A stretch of 12,509 nucleotides of DNA from Promethearchaeia archaeon. Its GTDB lineage: Archaea; Asgardarchaeota; Lokiarchaeia; Sigyniarchaeales; SOKP01. Made by a program: the position numbers and the translations under genes. The notes beneath the pieces were generated by a model. The model was given only the letters and a program-made list of their open reading frames with translations. It did not search any database and was not told where the DNA came from. Positions 7,652-12,509 of this stretch are shown here, piece by piece. The number at the start of each line of letters is the position of its first letter. Position 1 is the stretch's first letter. The stretch is from contig JAHQWH010000237.1 of NCBI GenBank assembly GCA_029856105.1, positions 1 through 12,509 on the forward strand, written 5' to 3'.

Positions 7652-8119
7652 GTGAGAAATTTGAAAGTATTTTCTGAAGAATGGGCTCAAGAATATATGA
7701 AGGCTCTCAATGCCAATAAAAATTACGCCGCCGCTGCGTCGTGGTGGGTTGGAGATTTTATGTTTATCTACGAACCTAGCGGAAATTTAGATCATGAAAT
7801 AAAAATATTTATTGGACTATATAAAGGGGAATGTACAGGTGTGAAAGTCTTAAAGGAAGGCGACGAATACGAACTTTTAGCTGCAAATTCAGAACCAAGA
7901 CCTTTGAAAGAAGGAGAAAAGATTGGGGTAGAATTTGTATTTTCTGGGACTTATGACAACTGGTTAAAAGTATTGGGTAAAGAATTGGACCCCATTCAAG
8001 GTTTAATGGCTGGTAAGTTTAAACTTTTAGGCAATATGGCAAAGGTCATGCGTGCTACAAAGGCAGCTCAAGAAATGGTTGTAGCGACCACTATGGTCGA
8101 AGACACCGAATTTTTATAA
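7652..8119 (+). CDS. SCP2 sterol/lipid-binding domain protein (start GTG 7652 or TTG 7661)
   Basis: FSEEW...LNAN..YA.AA..W.G at the N-terminus, and FSGTYDNWLKVLGKELDPIQGLMAGKFKLLGNMAKVMR, the SCP2 C-terminal signature. Confidence 0.9.
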   Translation: MRNLKVFSEEWAQEYMKALNANKNYAAAASWWVGDFMFIYEPSGNLDHEIKIFIGLYKGECTGVKVLKEGDEYELLAANSEPRPLKEGEKIGVEFVFSGTYDNWLKVLGKELDPIQGLMAGKFKLLGNMAKVMRATKAAQEMVVATTMVEDTEFL

Positions 8120-8127
8120 ATTTAACA

Positions 8128-8152
8128 TTCTTTCTTTTTTTTTGCTTTTTTT
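8128..8152 (+). terminator. Oligo-U terminator candidate after the SCP2 gene
   Basis: Long T tracts starting about 9 nt after the stop codon. Confidence 0.55.
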
Positions 8153-8278
8153 AAATTACATTCACTGAAGATCTCATTTGAATTTGGACGATTTTCTAAA
8201 AAATAAATATTGGACTATAGTTAATTTTAATAGTTCGTTTTGTCTGTTTAATAAATAATTAATCTATTTAAAAAAAAT

Positions 8279-9295
8279 GTGATAAATTTGAGCTTGTCCA
8301 AAAAAGAATATTTTGTAAAAGATTTAATAATAGACGACGAGTACGGCGTTATAGATTCTAAGGCAACGATTGAGGAAGCCGCTAAAAAGATGAAAGAAAT
8401 AGGAGTACCCGATTTGGTGGTAGTCGAAGGAGAAAAAGTTCTTGGAGTTATAGCAGATTTTGACATCATTCAAAAAATCGTAGCAGAAGGAACAGACCCT
8501 AAAGGTGCAAATGTTATTACTACCATGTATAAAATTGAATCCGTCACACTTAACAGCCCCGTTACAGAAGCATTCACAAGAATGCGTGATTTGGAGGTTA
8601 ATGTAGTACCCGTGGTGGAAAATGGAAAACTCGTGGGCGTATGTACTATACAAGATTGTTGGAGTTATATTCCAGACGAAGATGTTGACGAAGTAGGGCT
8701 AATTCCCGTTTCTAATACGAGAACTGCCGAATTCTGGTTTGCTACTATATGTACGATATTAGCTTTTGTTTTTGGTATTGTATTGCCTTTTGGAGGGTTT
8801 TATGGGTATTTTTCAGGTAATCCTACAGATCTCCTAAGTTTTTTTGGGGTAGCTGATATTCAAGGAAATATAGTTACATTTCACCTATTTGAGGCGCGAG
8901 GTTTCAATCTTCTTGTACCCTTTCTTGATTTAATTGGAAGTAACGGAGCTATTTGGCTTTCAGTAGTCGTATGTAGCGTTTTCCTATTTGTCTTTGGTGT
9001 TTTAGGGCTATTCTCATTAATATATGCGAGTTTTTCAGATGCTAAACATATTTTTAGTAGTCAAATTATAAAAACAGTTATTCCTTGGTTACTTGTATTT
9101 TTCATGGTTCTTGAGTGGATTTTACTTGGTATTGCTTTTGCAACTACGGTTCCCTCTACAAACGTGGTGCCTAACGCTATAGGTTTGACAATGTCTATTA
9201 TATCTATGGTTTTAATTATCGCAGCTATTTATCGAGATTATATCTTCCGTGGAAAAGACGCATCTCAATCTATTAAAGATGGGGTGTCAATGTAA
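8279..9295 (+). CDS. CBS-pair (Bateman) domain fused to a four-TM membrane domain
   Basis: TIEEAAKKMKE.....LVVVEGEKVLGVI...DI and VTEAFTRM......VVPVVENGKLVGVCT..D are two CBS repeats, followed by four hydrophobic helices. Confidence 0.85.
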   Translation: MINLSLSKKEYFVKDLIIDDEYGVIDSKATIEEAAKKMKEIGVPDLVVVEGEKVLGVIADFDIIQKIVAEGTDPKGANVITTMYKIESVTLNSPVTEAFTRMRDLEVNVVPVVENGKLVGVCTIQDCWSYIPDEDVDEVGLIPVSNTRTAEFWFATICTILAFVFGIVLPFGGFYGYFSGNPTDLLSFFGVADIQGNIVTFHLFEARGFNLLVPFLDLIGSNGAIWLSVVVCSVFLFVFGVLGLFSLIYASFSDAKHIFSSQIIKTVIPWLLVFFMVLEWILLGIAFATTVPSTNVVPNAIGLTMSIISMVLIIAAIYRDYIFRGKDASQSIKDGVSM

Positions 9296-9297
9296 AA

Positions 9298-10749
9298 GTG
9301 CCCCGTGGTGGAGGTGGAGGTTTTAGAGGCGGGGGGTTTAGTGGTGGCGGTTTTAGAGGTGGCGGATTTCGTGGAGGCTCCGCATCATTTCGAATGGGCG
9401 GATCTAGGTCAAGTGGAACGCCATTTGGCAGAACTGGTGCCACGCGAGTAACCTCAAGAGCTCCAAGCGGCCCTTACCGTCACTCTTATTATAGGCCTCA
9501 TAGGAGATATTCTCGGTTCGGCTATCGGCCATGGTATTGGCATGCGTGGTACAACCCCTGGTGGGCGGGACACTGGTATAGACCGTGGTATTATTCCCCT
9601 GTATATGTTGGAGGAGGTATTACAATTGCCATCGTTTTAGGTTTAATCTTGTTGCCTTTAGCTGGTATTGCTCTATGGTTTCCTTTTAGCACTGCAGATA
9701 CAGATGGCTACGTAAATTATCGTTCTACTGAAACCCTTTATTTCAACGAATATTGGTACGAATACGAGTACACTAAATCGGGAAACGATATTACCTACTC
9801 TGTGCAATCGTCTCCGAGTCTTATCAGTTTTGCAATATGGGATCAACCATTTGAGTCTTTACCAACTACGACGAAAGTGGGTATCGATAGCGATCAGCTT
9901 TCTCTTGTGAATAACTATTACGAGTATATATCGTATTTTCTAAAACCGGGTTCTTCGATTCATTACAATTATAATGCGTCAGGTCAGATTGATTTCTTCA
10001 TTGCGAACGGATACGATTTTTACGAGTGGAATCAGGGAGGTAGTCCATCATTTTACGTATTTGAAGATAATGTGAACCAAGGTAGCGGAGGTTATTCAGT
10101 TTCAGAAGCAATGGATTATTATCTCGTTTGGTACAACGAAGGTGTATCTACGGTTAATGTTAACATTACAATCGATTACTCCGCTTCTAATGTAGTAGAT
10201 CTAACGGAAGCAGATTATTATGTTGAAGGTGTAGATTCAATATCGAATACTTTTCAAGTTCCGAACGATGGAGATTGGTATTTTTTCGTCTACTTTGATC
10301 CCATGTTATCTCCAGAAGAAACTACGAGTATTACGTTTGATGTATCTTACGATACCGGAGTTACTTCTACTGATAGGTGGGTAAGTATTCAACCTATATT
10401 GATTACAATAATAGTGGTTGCTGGTATCGTAGTTGTTGCCGCACTTATTGCTCGAAGTGGACAAAAGAAATTGAAATCAAAACCATCAAAACCATCATCT
10501 AAAGCAATTCCTGCAAAAAAGCCTGTAAAAGTAGCTAAATCGTCAACTTCTAACTGTATACGCTGTGGCTCTGTGGTCCGGAAAGACGCCCAGTTCTGCC
10601 CGAACTGTGGAGGTAAAATTGAAGGTAGAAGCGTTGGAACTCCTTCAAAAATTACCCCCGCTAATTCTAGATCGTGTTCTTTATGTGGCAGTAAACTATC
10701 AACGAGTGACAAATTCTGTAAATGGTGTGGGACTGAGATAGAATCGTAA
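9298..10749 (+). CDS. Two-TM membrane protein: N-terminal RGG/GGF low-complexity tail, extracytoplasmic beta-sandwich region, C-terminal double zinc ribbon
   Basis: (GGGF[R/S])x4; a Y/W/R/H/P-rich segment; TM ITIAIVLGLILLPLAGIALWFPF; an aromatic/acidic beta-rich region; TM ILITIIVVAGIVVVAALIA; then CIRC-CPNC and CSLC-CKWC. GTG start 2 nt after the upstream stop, with SD GGGGTG inside the upstream gene. Confidence 0.88.
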   Translation: MPRGGGGGFRGGGFSGGGFRGGGFRGGSASFRMGGSRSSGTPFGRTGATRVTSRAPSGPYRHSYYRPHRRYSRFGYRPWYWHAWYNPWWAGHWYRPWYYSPVYVGGGITIAIVLGLILLPLAGIALWFPFSTADTDGYVNYRSTETLYFNEYWYEYEYTKSGNDITYSVQSSPSLISFAIWDQPFESLPTTTKVGIDSDQLSLVNNYYEYISYFLKPGSSIHYNYNASGQIDFFIANGYDFYEWNQGGSPSFYVFEDNVNQGSGGYSVSEAMDYYLVWYNEGVSTVNVNITIDYSASNVVDLTEADYYVEGVDSISNTFQVPNDGDWYFFVYFDPMLSPEETTSITFDVSYDTGVTSTDRWVSIQPILITIIVVAGIVVVAALIARSGQKKLKSKPSKPSSKAIPAKKPVKVAKSSTSNCIRCGSVVRKDAQFCPNCGGKIEGRSVGTPSKITPANSRSCSLCGSKLSTSDKFCKWCGTEIES

Positions 10750-10787
10750 ATCCTTAAATTCTCAAAAAACAAAACCAAAATTCTTAT

Positions 10788-10806
10788 ATTTTTACTTTTT
10801 TTTTTT
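10788..10806 (+). terminator. Oligo-U terminator candidate
   Basis: T-rich run TTTTTTACTTTTTTTTTT about 40 nt after the stop at 10749. Confidence 0.45.
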
Positions 10807-10845
10807 AATTTAAAGCCGTAAAATATTTTTAGTTGCATTATTAAA

Positions 10846-11508
10846 ATGTTAAAGTTGTTTTTGAGCTTATGTTTTAAATTTAAGTTGAGAAGAATTTTAT
10901 CATATTGTATACTATTTAGTATTGTAACTTTTTTTTTAGAGATATTCTTTGAGATTCCATGGTATTTTTTTTTAATTTTTTTCGTTTGTAGTATTGTAAT
11001 TGCTGTATTTTATCTACAAAATAAACAAAATAAAATCTGCGTTATTTTAGATACAAAACTGATGCAAGAAAGGTTTTTGAATGAGAACGGTATTAATGCA
11101 TTAAAAAATAAGAAATTTAGTAAAAAATATAGAATTTTGCTATTAAAAAATGCAGAAGAGAATGATATAGAAATATTATTTAAACCGTCATATATCTTTA
11201 ATCTACAAGAATTTTGCTTGTTATGTTATTTTAGTATATTACCGATATTAATATTCTTTATGTTTTCCACCATTTATCTGTCCTCAACCCAAACTATTGT
11301 GATAATCTTGCTGTTAATTATCGGCTTAATTATTTTTCTCGTCATATTAGAAAAGAGATCGATTGACCAAAATTACAAATATATTGATTCAGAAATAAAG
11401 CAAATCCTATTTGAAGAAGAAATCGGTTATAAACCTATAGTCAAGGGAAAATTTACTTTTAAATATAAGGCTTGGTTAATGTTAAACGAGAGGAAAAAGG
11501 AAAATTAA
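10846..11508 (+). CDS. Hypothetical membrane protein (two TM hairpins)
   Basis: 220-codon open frame in very AT-rich DNA with four hydrophobic segments. No recognisable motif; start uncertain. Confidence 0.6.
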   Translation: MLKLFLSLCFKFKLRRILSYCILFSIVTFFLEIFFEIPWYFFLIFFVCSIVIAVFYLQNKQNKICVILDTKLMQERFLNENGINALKNKKFSKKYRILLLKNAEENDIEILFKPSYIFNLQEFCLLCYFSILPILIFFMFSTIYLSSTQTIVIILLLIIGLIIFLVILEKRSIDQNYKYIDSEIKQILFEEEIGYKPIVKGKFTFKYKAWLMLNERKKEN

Positions 11509-11605
11509 TTATTTTGAAATTAGTAGGGACTAATTTATTTGATACGAGTAATTAATTAATTTAAAATAATAGAAAAAAATCGTGAATACTTTAAAGTAAA
11601 ATATT

Positions 11606-12436
11606 ATGAATCCCATTAAAGAAGATTTATCTGAACTAATAAAGAAAAAAGTTTATTTCTTTGATTTAGATGGTACAATATATATAGGAAACCAATTATT
11701 CGAGGGTGTTATCGAATTAATTGATGTTTTGAAAAGAAAAGGTAAAAAATTCTTTTTTCTTTCGAATAATTCAAGTAAATCTACTTCAGATTATATTAAA
11801 AAGTTAAAAGATTTAAACCTAAATGTAACCCGTGAAAATTTAATACTATCTCAACACCCGACCATAGATTATTTAAAAAAGAAAAATTACGAAAAAATCT
11901 TTCTATTAGGTACAGAATCTCTTAAAAGAGAATTTCGCCAAGAAGGTTTTATTTTAACTGAAACCGATCCTGAAATCATCGTTCTCGCTTTTGATCAAGA
12001 AGTGACATATGAACGCTTAGTAAAAGCTTCGTACTTACTTCAGAACAATATACCTTATATTGCTACGCATTTAGACGATAGATGCCCAACTAAAAAGGGA
12101 TATATTCCCGATGCTGGCGGAATAGCTGCTCTTCTGTATAAAGCAACAGAAAGAATGCCAAAAGTTTTTGGAAAACCGAATAAAGAAATGCTTCTATTCA
12201 AACTTGAGGAGCTTGGGATACATCCTAAAGACGCAGCAATTTTTGGAGATAGGTTATATACAGACATAAAAATGGGAATAGATGTGGGTGTGACAACTTG
12301 TTGCGTATTGTCTGGAGAAGCAACCTTAGAAACGATCGAAAAAAGCAAAACTTCTAAGCCAAATTTTATAATCGAAGGGATTTGGAATTTTTTAGAAGCT
12401 TTGAACAACCATGTCCTAAAGGATATGGATTTGTAA
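11606..12436 (+). CDS. HAD-superfamily subfamily IIA hydrolase (NagD-like phosphatase)
   Basis: Motif I FDLDGT, motif II LSNNSS, motif III GKP and motif IV GDRLYTDI, plus VLSGE. Confidence 0.95.
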   Translation: MNPIKEDLSELIKKKVYFFDLDGTIYIGNQLFEGVIELIDVLKRKGKKFFFLSNNSSKSTSDYIKKLKDLNLNVTRENLILSQHPTIDYLKKKNYEKIFLLGTESLKREFRQEGFILTETDPEIIVLAFDQEVTYERLVKASYLLQNNIPYIATHLDDRCPTKKGYIPDAGGIAALLYKATERMPKVFGKPNKEMLLFKLEELGIHPKDAAIFGDRLYTDIKMGIDVGVTTCCVLSGEATLETIEKSKTSKPNFIIEGIWNFLEALNNHVLKDMDL

Positions 12437-12437
12437 G

Positions 12438-12509
12438 TTAAACTTTCAACACTACTGGATGGTTCAAGCACCCTCTATCCCCTATCCCGAAGGATTTAGG
12501 GACTTCTTT
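12438..12509 (-). mobile_element. Probable 3' end of a tnpB (IS200/IS605-IS607 family RNA-guided endonuclease) gene entering from the right edge
   Basis: Minus frame reads KEVPKSFGIGDRGCLNHPVVLKV*, resembling the ...K..P..F..GI...G....P..L C-terminus of one TnpB clade. GC content rises abruptly and there is a cUUCGg hairpin at 12478-12502. Only 24 codons are visible. Confidence 0.55.

Noticed and set aside
5588-8653. ORFs 5588-5833, 6451-6675, 6842-7171, 8248-8469 and 8324-8653
   Set aside because: All lie antisense to well-supported genes and have no recognisable protein features.
9304-9378. G-rich tandem DNA repeat as a CRISPR, minisatellite or G-quadruplex element
   Set aside because: Synonymous positions vary between units, so the repeat is maintained at the protein level (GGGFR); there are no spacers.
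10389-12471. Minus-strand ORFs 10389-10838 and 12055-12471
   Set aside because: Antisense shadows of the zinc-ribbon and HAD genes.

Overview
AT-rich archaeal chromosomal segment, most consistent with an Asgard archaeon (Lokiarchaeia-like). This placement is inferred from the archaeal/eukaryal-type PheRS, the DUF1512 plus zinc-ribbon gene pair, the SCP2 gene and the double-zinc-ribbon membrane protein. The left half (minus strand) carries a Zn-ribbon membrane protein, coaD, pheS, pheT, pheA and a bacterial-type RNase PH cut by the window edge. The right half (plus strand) carries DUF1512, SCP2, a CBS-4TM protein, an RGG/APD-like/double-zinc-ribbon membrane protein, an AT-rich membrane ORF and a HAD-IIA phosphatase, then the probable 3' end of a convergent tnpB. 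The top finding is an unlisted 29-codon ORF (5139-5228, minus) upstream of pheS-pheT-pheA. It has a strong Shine-Dalgarno (SD) site and 5 Phe codons, and its 3' end forms the 5' arm of a GC-rich hairpin, making it a candidate pheM-like leader-peptide attenuator in an archaeon. Also notable are probable ATA and ATT start codons for pheT and coaD, a circularly permuted GPR-type protease signature in DUF1512, and a possible prokaryotic homologue of the eukaryotic APD luminal domains. All calls were made by eye; no searches were run.
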